A stretch of 64,000 nt of DNA from Centroscyllium fabricii (GCA_051313645.2 JBNRSN020000006.1:139562001-139626000), one strand, 5' to 3'. Counted from the first letter of the stretch, positions 1-12,632 are shown. Numbers and translations: made by a program. Notes: generated by a model from the letters alone, not told the origin.

Positions 1-648
1 TTGTAGAATCTGATGGAGCTGGAGGAAGCATTGTTGGAGATCATTAAAGAGGCCGTCACAGAGTCCATGGCGAGCAGGAAAGTTGAAAGCATTGCTGTTG
101 ATGATGGCATGCTCATACCTAATCCTTCTTCTCACATCCCACTTCCCCTTCATCCCACAATCTCTTCTCACTTACAAGCTGCTGATGTGTATGCATGGAT
201 ATCTTGCTTTCCTCCCCTCACCACAGCCCAACCCTTGTGCGTTTCTCCTTTCAGATACCCAAGAACTCTAACCTGGCCAGCCAGTCCCTGAAGTGATGGA
301 GGAAGACAGTGATAGATGAAAAGACACACCATCACTGCATCTGACACTCGCAGACACCAGCTCGGAAAATGGCACTGCGCGGAAGTAAAGGGTCGTATAG
401 AGGGGGGTCATGCACATGGTTATTCAACCAGGTGCGAGTGGGCTGCAGCCAGGCCAGGAGGAAAGGATAGCTCGGGTACCAGCTCCCTAGAGTGCAAATT
501 CATGCACGAATTCTGATGCACGGCATTCAGATGATGACCTCGATGGAATGGCCTTCAAAAGAGTGGTAATGGGCATGCAGACAGAAATCCTAGGTGCAAT
601 GGCAACTCTGCCAGAGAGCTTCCTGTCAGTGTCAAGGAGCATGGAGGA
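1..648 (+). pseudogene. Decayed Harbinger-type Myb/SANT-associated gene remnant, 5' part (continues at 6980-7570)
   Basis: LEEALLEII...VTESMAS resembles the post-TGGG exon of the Myb gene at 9533-9692. The reading frame rejoins across the Gypsy insertion site (VSRSMEE|SCSDIARG), similar to VSVMRMEESVAS in the 10198-10935 ORF. Confidence 0.5.
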
Positions 649-858
649 TGTTGTGTATGTTCCTTTAAGTTATTTTACTGGGCACTACTTTGTGTAGCGC
701 CGTAATACTGTAGTACCGCGGTGAACCACTAGTGTATATATGTTCCGGAGTGGAGCGATATGCTCAGTTCTACGTTCTGCATTAGATCACTAAAGACCTT
801 ATTTAATTAAGTCTGGACTCGTGTCTTTATTTATAAATTAAATAACGCAGACTTAACA
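649..858 (+). repeat. Gypsy 5' LTR
   Basis: TGTTGTG...TTAACA; about 10 mismatches to 6765-6974 by manual alignment. Confidence 0.97.
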
Positions 859-859
859 C

Positions 860-870
860 TGACGATGAGG
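860..870 (+). promoter_or_regulatory. Degenerate primer-binding site (probably tRNA-Ser GCT type)
   Basis: TGACGATGAGG immediately after the LTR, two transitions from TGGCGACGAGG. Confidence 0.6.
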
Positions 871-1604
871 TTGGTCAAATCCATGGGTGCCAAAGCAGAA
901 AAGAAAATTAAGAAAAGGAAAAGAAAAGTTTTCTTTTCCTCAAGATTTTTTTTTTCTCTCTCAACATCGACGGTCGTCGAGAGAAAGGAACCACCCTACA
1001 CTCCAGCAACGGGTGTGACGACGGGTTTCCAGAGAAGAAATAAGGAGCGATCTAAGAGACAGCCAGCACTCCAGCATCAAGGAGTGGCGTTGGCAACAGA
1101 CAGAACGGCCAACGCTCCAGCATCGAGGAGAGACATTGGGAAATAGCCCAGCAGTGGCAAGAGGCACAAAACGGACTGAACTCACCAGCAGGGAAGGAAC
1201 CAGACAAGGTGAACTCTTCAACTGGCGGCCTGGGACGTCGGCCGTCGACAGCAGCAACGGCAACAGCGGTCGGACATCGGAGGCGACCGCGGAGCACAGC
1301 AGCGCGGCAGAGGCAGACCAGCAACGGAGGCTGTCGAGGATCAGGCTTGCTCCTCCAGCCACGGGACAACGGGTGAGTCCAGGGTGTGCGCAAATCCTTC
1401 CAGCGATTGCGGGTGATTGTAAACTCAGCGGAGAAGGGAAGAAAAAGGCAGGAAAAGCGCCTTGAAGAAAAGGGAAAGGCGGAAAAATGGCATTTTGAGG
1501 TGGGAAAGCGCCAGAAGAGAAGGCAAAAAGGTGGGAAAAGCTCCGGAAGAGAAGGCAAAAAGGCGGGAAGCTGCCATTTTGAACGCCATTGGGGAAACCC
1601 AACC

Positions 1605-2648
1605 ATGGCAAAAACAAACACCTTCGGGGCCTTCCTGTTAGACAGTGAAGACTGGGAGGCATACCTCGAAAGGTTTGATATCTACTGCAAAGTGCAAAAC
1701 ATCACAGAGGAAAACAAAGTCAATGCCCTGCTAAACGCTATGGGACCGGAGACTTACGGATTGTTGAGAACACTGGTGTCCCCAGATAAGCCAGCAACCA
1801 AAGCATTGCAACAAATTATAGATATTCTAAAAGATAATCTGAACCCCAAGCCAGCATTCATTGCGGAACGCTTTAAGTTCTTCAAACGTGACCAACAAAA
1901 GGGAGAGTCACAATCAGAATATCTAATAGAACTGAAACGATTGGCTAGAAATGGTGTTTTTGGAGTTGAACTAACAAATTACCTGAGAGACAGATTTGTG
2001 TGTGGACTTCAAGATGAAGACACACAAAAGAGACTGTTAACAAAGAAAACGCTCACACTAGAGCAGGCGATAGAAATAGCAACCGCACAAGAGGCAGCTG
2101 CTTTGGGTACAGCAGAGATAAGAAACAAGGGGACAGAATGGGACACCCATGAAGTGACAAACCATACTAATTGGTGCTACCGTTGTGGTAAGACCACACA
2201 CGACCAGACCAAGTGCTGGTTCAGAGACAAAAATTGCCAATGGTGCGGCAAGTTAGGGCACATAGCGGCCATATGTAAATCGAGGAAGCAAATTAAAATA
2301 ATACAAAAACCGACCAGGTCTAGAAAGGACAGGAAGGTACACAAATTAGATGAAGACTGTGTGGGTATCGAGCCACAAAATTCCAAAAGGGAAGAATGGG
2401 GTCTCAGTAGTCTACAAGTCCACAATATGGTCAACTCCACTGACCGCAGTATTATGTGGATTACCCTCAAGATAGTGGGGATTGAAACGAAAATGGAACT
2501 TGAAACGGGATCAGCCCTATCGGTTATCAATGAAAAAGATTACCAAAAGGCATTCAGAGACATGCCTTTGGAAGAATCCCCGATTATTTTGAAAGCATAT
2601 ACGGGACAGAAGTTCCGGACAATGGGGAGAATGCTTGTAACAGTCTAA
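1605..2648 (+). pseudogene. Gypsy gag-protease
   Basis: EDWEAYLERF capsid-like segment, LRDRFVCG motif, two CCHC knuckles (CYRCGKTTHDQTKC, CQWCGKLGHIAAIC), protease motif degraded to LETGSA, premature TAA at 2646. Confidence 0.9.
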
Positions 2649-2960
2649 TATAAGGACAAGAAAGTAAAGGGACTATATCTTTATGTTCCAAGGAATGGTG
2701 GACCACCACTTCTGGGGTGGGAATGGATCAGGAGGATCCACCTCGACTGGAGCAAAATAAACGAGCTCCAGATCTCGAGTAACACCAACGATCAACCATC
2801 GGTTGATGGAAGATTAACCAAAATATTAGAACAAAACCCAGAGATTTTCCAACCGGGGCTGGGAAAACTAAAGGACATATGTGCAAAAGTAACAATTGCA
2901 CAAGGCGCCACACCACAGTTTGCAAAAGCACAGCTGGTACCTTATCCAATAAGGCCGGCT

Positions 2961-4228
2961 GTGGAAGCCGAGTTAAAGGCCTTAGAAAATGAGGGGGTCT
3001 TGTCGAAGCTGGAGTGGAGCAAGTGGGCAACGCCCATAGTACCGATAGTAAAAAGGTCACAGCATAAAGGAGAACTAAAAAAAGTCCACATTTGTGGGGA
3101 CTTCAAAATGACAATTAACCCTGTCCTAAAGGTTGTACAGTACCAACTGCCGAGAATTGAAGACATTTTTGCTTCTTTAGCAGGTGGAAAACAGTTTAGT
3201 AAGATTGACCTTTCGCAAGCGTACTTGCAGATGGAGGTGGAGCAGGATTCTAGGAAGCTCCTCACGATTAACACCCACAAAGGTTTATATCAATACAACA
3301 GAATGGTATTCAGGATTGCGTCAGCTCCAGCCATATGGCAGAGGACCATGGACCAGGTTTTGCAAGACATTCCAGGGACACAATGCTACCTGGATGAAAT
3401 ATTAGTGACGGGAAAAACTGACGGAGAACATTTGGACAACCTAAAATGGGTGTTAGAGAGACTCAAGGAATATGGCCTGCGGGCAAATAGACAAAAGTGT
3501 GAATTCTTTAAAGACCGCATATCATATTGCGGACACGAGATAGATAGCGAGGGCCTCCATAAATCGCCGGACAAGATTGCGGCCGTAGTAAATGCCCCAC
3601 CTCCTGAAAATGTATCGCAGTTGTGGTTATTCCTTGGCCTCATCAACTACTACCATAAGTTTCTACCCAATGTCTCGACAGTGCTACACCCACTGAATGC
3701 ACTGCTCCAAGTGGGAACACCCTGGAATTGGGGGGAGGCATGTGAGGCAGCTTTTCAGAAAAGCAAAAAGATGATCACATCCAGAGAGGTGTTGTTTCAT
3801 TTTGATCCCAGCCTGACCATAAGATTGGCATGTGACGCATCCCCATATGGTATTGGGGCGGTGCTATCACACAAATGTCGAGATGGTACAGAAAGACCAA
3901 TCGCATTTGCATCCAAATCACTTACTGCAGCGGAGAAAAATTACACCCAGATAGACCGGGAAGCACTCAGCCTAGTGTGGGGAGTAAAGAAATTCCACCA
4001 CTACTTACACGGACAGAAATTCACCCTACTGACTGATCACCAACCCTTAGTTTTGATTTTTAACCCAGCAAAAGGGGTACCCCAGATGACGGCTCAGAGA
4101 CTGCAGAGATGGGCATTGTTCCTGGGTGCACACCAGTACACCATCGAACATAAAGGGACCAGACAACATGGCAATGCGGATGGTCTGTCCCACTTACCCT
4201 TGCCAGAAACAGAAGAGAGGGGACAACA
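2961..4228 (+). pseudogene. Gypsy reverse transcriptase / RNase H
   Basis: WATPIVP, ICGDFK, FSKIDL, YLDE (normally YLDD), LACDASPYGIGAVL, TDHQPL, NADGLS motifs. Confidence 0.95.
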
Positions 4229-5258
4229 AGAAGGGACCTGGGGGTATTAGTGCATGAATCACAAAAAGTTAGTATGCAGGTGCAGCAAGTGATTAGGAAG
4301 GCCAATGGAGTCTTAGCCTTTATTGCTAGGGGGATAGAGTATAAAAGCAGGGAGATCTTGCTGCAGCTGTACACAGTATTGGTGAGACCGCATTTGGAAT
4401 ACTGTGTGCAGTTTTGGTGTCCATACTTAAGAAAGGATGTACTTGCTCTGGAGGCAGTGCAGAGAAGGTTTACACGGTTAATTCCAGCGATGAGGGGGTT
4501 GACATATGAGGAAAGGTTAAGTAGGTTGGGACTTTACTCTTTAGAGTTCAGAAGAATGAGAGGCGATCTTATTGAAACGTATAAGATCGTGAGGGGCCTT
4601 GATCGGGTGGATGCGCCAAGGATGTTTCCAATGATCGGGGAGACTAGAACTAGTGGGCATAGTCTTAGAATAAGGGGGGGCTCTTTTAAAACTGAGATGA
4701 GGAGAAACTTCTTCACTCAGAGGGTGGTTAATCTATGGAATTCACTGCCTCAGGGAGCTGTGGAAGCGGGAACATTAAATAAATTTAAAACAGAAATAGA
4801 CTGTTTTTCAGCAGACAAGGGAATTAGGGGTTACGGGGAGCGGGCAGGGAAGTGGACCTGAGTTATGGTTAGTATAGTAAGACCTGAGTGATCTCCTGGA
4901 CAAGTTTCGATCACCTGGATTGGGGTCGGAGAGGAATTTCCCGGATTTTTTCCCCAAATTGGACCTGGGTTTTTATCCGGTTTTTCGCCTCTCCCAGGAG
5001 ATCACATGGTTCTGTGGGTGGGAGAAGGGTGATAGGGGTATGAAGGTTAGGGTAGGATCAGCAATGATCTTGATGGGTGAGGGGGCGGGCTTGGGGGGCC
5101 GATTGGCCTACTCCTGCTCCTAATTCTTGTGTTCTTGTGTTCTTGTGTTGTGTTCTTGTGTTCTTATGTTCAGCCATGAGCGTATTGAATGGCGGTGCAG
5201 GCTCGACGGACCGAATGGTCTACTTCTGCACCTATTTTCTATGTTTCTATGTTTCTAT
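4229..5258 (+). mobile_element. 5'-truncated CR1 (HER1-like) LINE nested in Gypsy pol
   Basis: CR1 ORF2 C-terminus (LVRPHLEYCVQFW...FFTQRVVNLWNSLP), 3' UTR, TTCTTGTG/TTTCTATG tails, 4-bp TSD AACA (4225-4228, 5259-5262). Confidence 0.93.
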
Positions 5259-5262
5259 AACA

Positions 5263-6576
5263 CTTAGATATGTTTCATGCGGCAGTGCTGGAACACCTGC
5301 CCGTCACCAGCCAACAAATTGAACTTGAAACGGGGAATGGCACCACCCTGTCGAAAATTTACAGCATCACGGTGAAGGGGTGGTCCAGGGAGGACCAAAC
5401 ACTATGGCCAGCTTACGCGGCCAGGAAAGACCAGTTGTTGGCCTGCCGGGGTACGCTAATGTGCGGGGCCAGAGTGGTGATTCCACAGAAATTGCAACAC
5501 AAAGTGTTAACCGATTTACACGAAGGGCACTTGGGGGGAGTCAAGATGAAGTCGTTAGCCAGGGCATACGTGTGGTGGCCAGGTATCGACAAAGACATCG
5601 AACAACTAGCCAAAGAATGCCCAGGTTGTCAGATGGTACAGAATGTACCGCCCCAAGCACCCCTACACCCTTGGGAGTGGCCATCATCCCCGTGGCAAAG
5701 GATGCACATTGATTTTGCTGGGCCCTTTATGGACGCTATGTTCTTAATAGTGGTGGACGCTCATTCCAAATGGCCGGAGGTGAAAAAAATGTCTTCTACT
5801 ACAGCGGAGAAGATGGTGACGGTACTCCGGAACATGTTCGCCAGGAACGGCATCCCTGAACAAGTCTGCTCAGATAACGGACCTCAATTCATTTCTGAAG
5901 AGTTTCGGTCGTTCCTAAAGAGGAACGGAATACGGCATTATACATCAGCGCCGTACCATCCAGCCACTAATGGGTTGGCCGAAAGGTTCGTCCAGACATT
6001 CAAAAAGGCCATCAAGGCCATTGGGGGAGAAAGTTGCCTCTGCAACATAAAGTCGACCATTTCCTATTTGCAAATCGCAACGCCACACATGCAGTAACTA
6101 ACCAAGCGCCTGTAGTTTTGTTTTTTAACAGGAGACTACGCAACCGGCTGGACCTGGACCTCAGAAGAGACGTGGAAAACCGGGTGTTTTGCAGAGCTCC
6201 TGACAGGGAAACCGGGAACTTCGAAGTGGGGCAAGCTGTAATGGCCCGAGACTATCGAAATGATAAATGGCAGACCGGCACTATCAGAGACAGACAAGGG
6301 CCATTATCCTACACAGTGGACACCCAGGAGGGGCCAATCCAGCGACATGCAGATCAAATCGTGGGGGCAAGGGTAGCCTCTGAAGAGTTGCCTCAGACTA
6401 TGGTAACCATGGAACGGACGATCGCCCAGGACAACACCACAGAAGGCGAGGTAATGGAAAACTGTCGACCAGATGTCGATGTGACACGTGAGACACCTCA
6501 GGCCATTGCAACACCGGTCCCTGAAAGACGGTATCCATTAAGAGTCCGAAACCCCCCACAGAGACTAAACATTTAA
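5263..6576 (+). pseudogene. Gypsy integrase (frameshifted near 6030)
   Basis: HHCC zinc domain (LHEGHLG...CPGC), core WQRMHIDFAGP, SDNGPQF, NGLAERFVQTFK, and C-terminal RRYPLRVRNPP. Confidence 0.93.
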
Positions 6577-6751
6577 CTGGACTAAACACGTGTACATAAT
6601 TGTTGTTTGTAATAGCAGTAACGGTTATACCCACTTGTGTGGAAAATCATTGTAATGGTAAGAAACAAACTTACACAGAACAATGTATGTAATTAATAGT
6701 TAACTGTTGATACAACCTTGTATGCTTATATCGCACCTGTACGATTGAATT

Positions 6752-6764
6752 AAGAGGGGTGGAA
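6752..6764 (+). promoter_or_regulatory. Polypurine tract
   Basis: AAGAGGGGTGGAA abutting the 3' LTR. Confidence 0.85.
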
Positions 6765-6974
6765 TGTTGTGTATATACCTTTAAGTTATTTTACTGGGCA
6801 CTACTTTGTGTAGCGCCGTAATACTGTAGTACCACGGTGAACCACTAGTGTATATATGTTCCAGAGTGGAGCAATATGCTCAGTTGTACGTTCTGCATTA
6901 GATCACTAAAGACCTTATTTAATTAAGTCTGGACTCATGTCTTTATTTATAAGTTAAATAATGCGGACTTAACA
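6765..6974 (+). repeat. Gypsy 3' LTR
   Basis: Direct repeat of 649-858, followed by TSD GAGGA. Confidence 0.97.
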
Positions 6975-6979
6975 GAGGA

Positions 6980-7570
6980 GTCCTGCTCCGACATTGCACG
7001 GGGCTCTGTGCAGAGCTTGGAGCCGGTAATTTCCAGGATGTACATGATGGGCAACACCATGAGAGACCTTGTAACGTGTGATGGGCGATGCTGCAGCTCC
7101 CATTGCAGCACAGGTGAAAGCGACCCAACGTCTCAGTGCTGCAGTGGAAGCTCAAACTGCTACCATCGTGGCTGGGTTCACAGGTGTCGAAAGGGACTTG
7201 CAGGGTCTCACAACACTCCAGCAATCTGTCCCCCAACAGATAGCTAGGAATGGAGTGGCAGTAGCTCTGTGGAGCAAAAACCTGCTGTCCTCTCTCAGAT
7301 TGACAGCATTCCTACTCCTACCAATGCCAGTCCACCAGTGCCCTTGCTGCTGCCTGCCATTCAGCCAGCCCAGACTGCTGCTGCCCATGCTGAGGTGGTG
7401 CTGTGTACAGCCAGGCTTCCTAAGTGCAAAACTGCTTGAAGACATCCTGCAAGGCCATCTGCAGTGTCCCCCACTGCAAGTCAGCAGCCTTCCACCAGCC
7501 ATGCTGCAGCCACTGGGGGAGCACTTCGTAGGGTACTAGAGTAGGAAAAGCAACACAAAAGTCAGACACG
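6980..7570 (+). pseudogene. Harbinger-type Myb/SANT-associated gene remnant, 3' part
   Basis: Continuation of the sequence split by the Gypsy TSD; helical segment QVKATQRLSAAVEAQTATIVAG followed by a Pro/Ser-rich tail. Confidence 0.45.
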
Positions 7571-7573
7571 AAA

Positions 7574-8652
7574 GGGTCAATTTTCATGGAGCCGATAGGC
7601 GGCTTTTTCGGCAGCCGGGGAGGGCAAATCGCTAAAATGAGGGGTCGCGACCCCTCCCGCCAGTTTCCCGCCAGCTTGTCAGTTTCACCCAGTGGGTCCG
7701 ATCGGCCCGCTTCAGTCCAGCCCGGCATCGGCGGGGATGGTCATTCGGCTCATTAGGGGCCCTTAATTGGCATCTGTAATGCCATTTTAAGGGCCCATAG
7801 CTATTTTGAACCTTTTCCCACACAAAATTCGCCTGGTGGGAACACCGCCGTTGAAACCTGGCGGAGACACATTCGGCTTGGTGATTTCTATCTTCAAGGC
7901 ATTGAAGCACCTGCCGCAGAATGGCTTCCTGGCGTCCAGCATGCTGGAAGTCTAACTGTCTCCCTAGGGTACCCAAGATTAGTGGGAAAAAACCTTTAAA
8001 AAGCTTACCTTCCAGCTGCTTCCTAGTGCTTGACAGATAGGCGTTCCATAGCTGTCAGGAGCCTGCCAGTGAAATAAAGCACTTAGAGCTGTCAATCATC
8101 GAGTTGTGGTTACATTCTGTTGACAGTGGATTGTGATGTCACAATGCACTGAAACCACAGAAACAAACACAACAAACCACTTAGAGCTGTCAATCATCAG
8201 GTTGTGGTTACATTCTGTTGACAGTGGATTGTGACATCACAATGCACTTAAACCACAGAAACAAACACACCAGACCACTTAGAGCTGTCAATCATCAGCT
8301 CTGCTGCCTACACAGTGGGAAGCCCACCAGCTTTCTATCTAAAATCAATCAATTGGCAGGGGCTTCCCACACTCCCGACAGTCAAGGCAATGGAATCATT
8401 GCTTTAGCACCCTGATGGTCTGTTCAATGATATTCCTCATGGCTGCCATGATATGACTGCTGGCCACGAGTGGTGAGGTTGTGAAGGAGAGTCATCAGTC
8501 AGGTGTAGAGCAGATAGCCCATGTCTCCAAGCAGGCACCCTTGGGTTTGATGTGGTGGCTGGAAGATTGTTGGCACACCGGGCTGGCGCAGGATAAAGGC
8601 ATCATGACTGCTGCCAGGATAGCGGGCACCCGAAAGTCACCCGAAATTGGCC
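7574..8652. mobile_element. Non-autonomous Harbinger-like element or terminal fragment
   Basis: Ends GGGTCAATTTTC ... GAAATTGGCC; 7752-7808 is an inverted homologue of 12928-12984 in the adjacent Harbinger. Confidence 0.55.
8081..8298. repeat. Tandem repeat, 98-bp unit x about 2.2
   Basis: ACTTAGAGCTGTCAATCATC recurs at 8081, 8179 and 8277. Confidence 0.9.
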
Positions 8653-8925
8653 TGTTTGGACAAGAAACTAAGGCCGGAATTTTGCCCTAATGGCGGGGAA
8701 CTGGCGGGGATTGGTCGGGGCAGGTTTTTGTCCCGCCCGAATAAGTGCCTGCGTTTCCCACGCGATTTTCGTCTAACGACCCAATTAATTCCCCGCCTGT
8801 GGGAAGCCTTCCCAATCACCGATTTCAAGTCAGAAAGTCGCACAATATGACGTCAGGATTCGGGTTTTCTTTAATAAACACAGCTCGCCTCCCGCACTGC
8901 TCAGAGCTCTGCAACCTTCATCAGG

Positions 8926-10935
8926 ATGGCAGAGCGTGAGGGTGCTGCATCGGGCAGCGCGAGGGGATGACCCGCCCCCAAATTTGATGATGCCTCCCTC
9001 GACGCATTGCTCGAGGGGGCAACTACCCATAGGGAGGTTCTCTTCCCCTCCTCAGGGAGGAAGAGACCTCCCTCACAGACTAAGGCTGCATGGCAGCAGG
9101 TGGCTGAGGGGGTCAGCTCTTTGGGAACAACACCCCGATCCTGGGTGCAGTGTCGCAAGCGATTGCATGACCTTCATTGCACTGCCAGAGTAAGTATTCA
9201 TTTCCCCACACCCTCAATCTCATCCCCCTCACCTCTCCTCACCACAACTTATCTTCACCACTCCCTTCCTCCACATCCCACTTGCCCATCACCTCCAAGC
9301 AACCTTACCCATTGCCTCTCTATCTATGCTCACACTCACGGTCCTTTCCCTCCATTCAGCCCTCACACTCTCTCTCACTCTCATGCTTGCTGCACATCTG
9401 GCACCACACAGGGAGAGCCTTTGGTCTTGCAGGCTCACTACATCTTTGTCACCCTACAGCAAACTTTGCTGCTCACTCGCTGCAACAACTCCTTCCTTCT
9501 CACTCAAACTCCACTTCTCTCCCTCATTGCAGGAAAAGACAGCCGCCAACAAGCGGCACAGCGCCGGGACCGGAGGAGGACCCCCCACCATCCAGCAGCT
9601 CACCACCTGGGAGGAGGCAGTGCTAGACCTCGTTGGGGAGGGCCAATCCCCGGGAGTGGGTGACGGCGAGGCAGGCAGGAAATCTCGAGCTGGTGACAGC
9701 ATGGTTTAATTATTTCTCTAACAAGTAACACATGAGACTAGCACAATGAATGTAAAAGCACTGCAGAGGCAGCTCTGCTCAGCTCCTGAATGTTATCTGT
9801 ATGTAACCTTGCTGACATATCTCTAACCTATGCCTTTACTGCCCCACAGGCCCAGCCGCAGCTGGACGGCCAACCAGAAATCAGCACCAGGCCGCCCCTG
9901 TCCAGTCCTCAGAGGAACCTGCCACCTCTGAGGGTGCACCGTCAGCACCACAGACTCCACCCGGCACCAGCGCAGATACTAGCACCTCAGTGGGCCCCCC
10001 TAGAGCTACATATGACTTGTCACCGGGTGATTCAGACAGCACTAGTAAGACTCAGCAGATTGTGGAGACAGGGGCAGCAGTGCAGATTCCTAGTCGGAGG
10101 GCGCAGGACTCTGCCAGCTTAGCTGAGCTGCATCGACACAGCGCCTTTGGATCCTTCAGGCAGAGGACACATGCTGGGACTCCAGACACAGATGTAGGTG
10201 TCTCTGACAGGTTTTGTCTCCCAGGTAGCTGTGAGTGTCATGCGAATGGAGGAGTCTGTCGCAAGCATGAGAAGCCACCTTGCGGAGTCAGTGTCGCATG
10301 ATCGCATCATCATGGAAAGGATGGCAACCACCATGGAAAGGATGGCGACCACCATGGAAAGGATAGCGACCGTGGAGGAGAGGATGGCCACGGCCATCGA
10401 GCACATAAGTCGCCAGTCTTTCGAAGACATGGGCACTGTCCACAATAGATTCACATCTCTTGAGCAGCGAGTGGCATCTATTGAGCAGAGGACCCAGACC
10501 TTCGTGGAAGTCCCTCTCAGTAGGACTTCCACTGCAGAAACGGGTCCCCATGGCCCCCCTGAAGTGCAGCAAGGTGCTGTCCAGCCACTTGCTGGTGCTG
10601 AGGGGGAGGTGACCCATGAGAGGGAGGTTGGTGGTGCAACTGAAGGAAGTGGGGGCTCCTCTCCAAGCGCTCCCACGTCCACACCACTGCAGAGGCCTCG
10701 GTCAGAGGCCCGCCGGAGTCCCCATGCACCTGAGATGGAAGTCTCATACCCTGCCCAGCCGCAGGAGCAGCAGACTGGTAGCGAGCCCCCACAGGCTCGC
10801 CGCCCCAGAGGACGACCGCCAAAGGTGTCCAGACAGGAGCAGCAGGGCTCTCAGCAGGGGGCCTCCACATCTGCTGACACCACAGGGATAGCACCACGTA
10901 GGAGCACTCGCAAAAGAACAATTAAGCACCCTTAG
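8926..10935 (+). pseudogene. Harbinger Myb/SANT-like DNA-binding protein gene, 3 exons (8926-9189, 9533-9692, 9850-10935)
   Basis: APKFDDASLDALL...AWQQVAEGV...RSWVQCRKRLHDL Myb/SANT motif, TGGGPP motif, GT-AG introns in consistent phase, MERMATT heptad coiled coil. One in-frame TGA at codon 15 and a frameshift near 10150-10200. Confidence 0.85.
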
Positions 10936-12187
10936 GCACAACGGGAGTCACTTGGGTGTTACTGTAACAGTCAGTTAGGTCTCCAAAGCAGTGGTCAAAC
11001 AGCAGACCACTGCAGGTGCCACCTGATGCAGTTGTCATGTCTGACATCTTGCGAATGGCCCTTCCACATTGAAACCTTATGCAGGCTGGACAGCAATCGG
11101 GCAGGCCTCACAGATATGCAAGGATGCAGACGCAACATGGCAGAAGGACTTACAGCAAGACGAATGAGGTTCAATAACAGACTGCAGCTAATGGTTAACA
11201 GTGAAGGTCCTTGAAACCGGTCTACCTTCATGGTGATGCACACCAGTGAACAGAGGGACTGTATGTGTGGTCCAAAGGATGACCAGGTTAACTGAACAAA
11301 CCACCTGATGTTTTTGCTACACCAGCAAACACACCTCAGGGCTGAACTTTAACACGAACAAAATTTAAAAGGATGGAGGTGGGCAAAGAAAAGATGGGCC
11401 AACTGGCCAAAGTACCCATGCATCCAACATCATCTGGCTGCAACTGGCCCCTCACAGCACCTGACCCTGATGGAATGGCCAAGAAGCCATGGTGCCAGCA
11501 TGTCTCAGCTCTCACACATCAAACAAGATCAGGTGGGTGAAGAACCACCAGACATTGACCCTCACCGCCCTCCACAGCTCCTGCCTCATGTGCAGGTGCG
11601 CTGCCCTGGTTTGTCAGAATGTGTCACTCTTGAAAAGGGAGGGGCAGCACATGAGAGGGGGGAACATGATTGACAATGGATATGAAGTTGCAAGCTCAAA
11701 ACTGGACTGGCTGAGTTGCAGCATTGCTGATAATGACATTTTGACCGTTTCAACCTGCATGTCTGCAGCTGAGATGCCTGGGACATCATTAATGCAGTGA
11801 TTCATAAGTGCTAGTCATCAGTTGAACAGCCATGCATGTGGCCATGTTTGCTTAATATCTTTACTAAACAGCATGTTGCAGTTGCAACCTTTAATGTTTC
11901 GGTGTTCATTATTGCATGTGATGGATGGATGGATGGATGTTTGGGTGGGACCATGCTCATCAAAGAAATGTGTGGTGCGTCAGGGGCGTGGGTGCATGTG
12001 CAAGCGCAGAAAGCCTTCACAGGCACTTGGCAGCCCCAGAAGCACCCCCCACAAACCCCCCCCCCACCCCACAGATGTCATTACAGTAGTGGGACTCATG
12101 CAGGTATGAGCTGTGGAACTGATTGGAGTGTGTCATTGAGGATGCACTGTTAGGATGAGGAGAGTAAGACAAACTGGCTTGAGTAGT

Positions 12188-12632
12188 CTAAGAAAATTTT
12201 GCAAGGATGAGCTCCATCCTTGCTTGCCGGCCAGCAACATTCTCGCGTAATGGTTGAGCTGGCTGGGGTCGAGCGGCAGCAACCCCGTCCTCCTCCTCCT
12301 CTACCTCCTCCTCCTCTTCCTCTTCCTCCTCCTCCTCTTCCTCTTCCTCCTCTTCCTCTTCCTCTTCCTCCTCCTCCTCCTCCTCATCTGAGGACGGTAT
12401 GCGAGGAGGCAGGTCTTGGTCAGGAGGTTGCAAGCCACGGCGCTGGGCCATGTTGTGAAGTTGACAGCATACCACTACCATTCTGGAGACCCTGGCTGGG
12501 GTGTATTGCAGGTCTCCACCTGATCTGTCCAAGCATCTGAAACGCATCTTGAGCAAGCCTATGGTGTGCTCTATAATGCTCCTGGTAGAGATCATGCAAT
12601 CCCAAGAAGGGAAGGAAGACAATGGCTCCCAT
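12188..12632 (-). pseudogene. Harbinger (HARBI1-like) transposase: N-terminus fused to C-terminus, catalytic core deleted
   Basis: MGAIVFLPFLG start joined to RSIIEHTIGLLKMRFRCLD...CCQLHN and an acidic poly-Glu tail. Confidence 0.85.

Larger units (their letters stand above)
649..6974 (+). mobile_element. Full-length Ty3/Gypsy LTR retrotransposon, decayed
   Basis: Two 210-bp TG...CA LTRs, 5-bp TSD GAGGA (644-648, 6975-6979), PBS-like site, PPT, and gag-PR-RT-RH-IN domain order. Confidence 0.97.

Noticed and set aside
961-1662. 233-aa and 189-aa minus-strand ORFs in the Gypsy leader
   Set aside because: Antisense to a purine-rich low-complexity leader; Phe/Pro/Ser-biased with no domain motif.
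12288-12385. (GAG/GAA)n tract as an independent microsatellite of interest
   Set aside because: It encodes the ordinary acidic tail of the Harbinger transposase.
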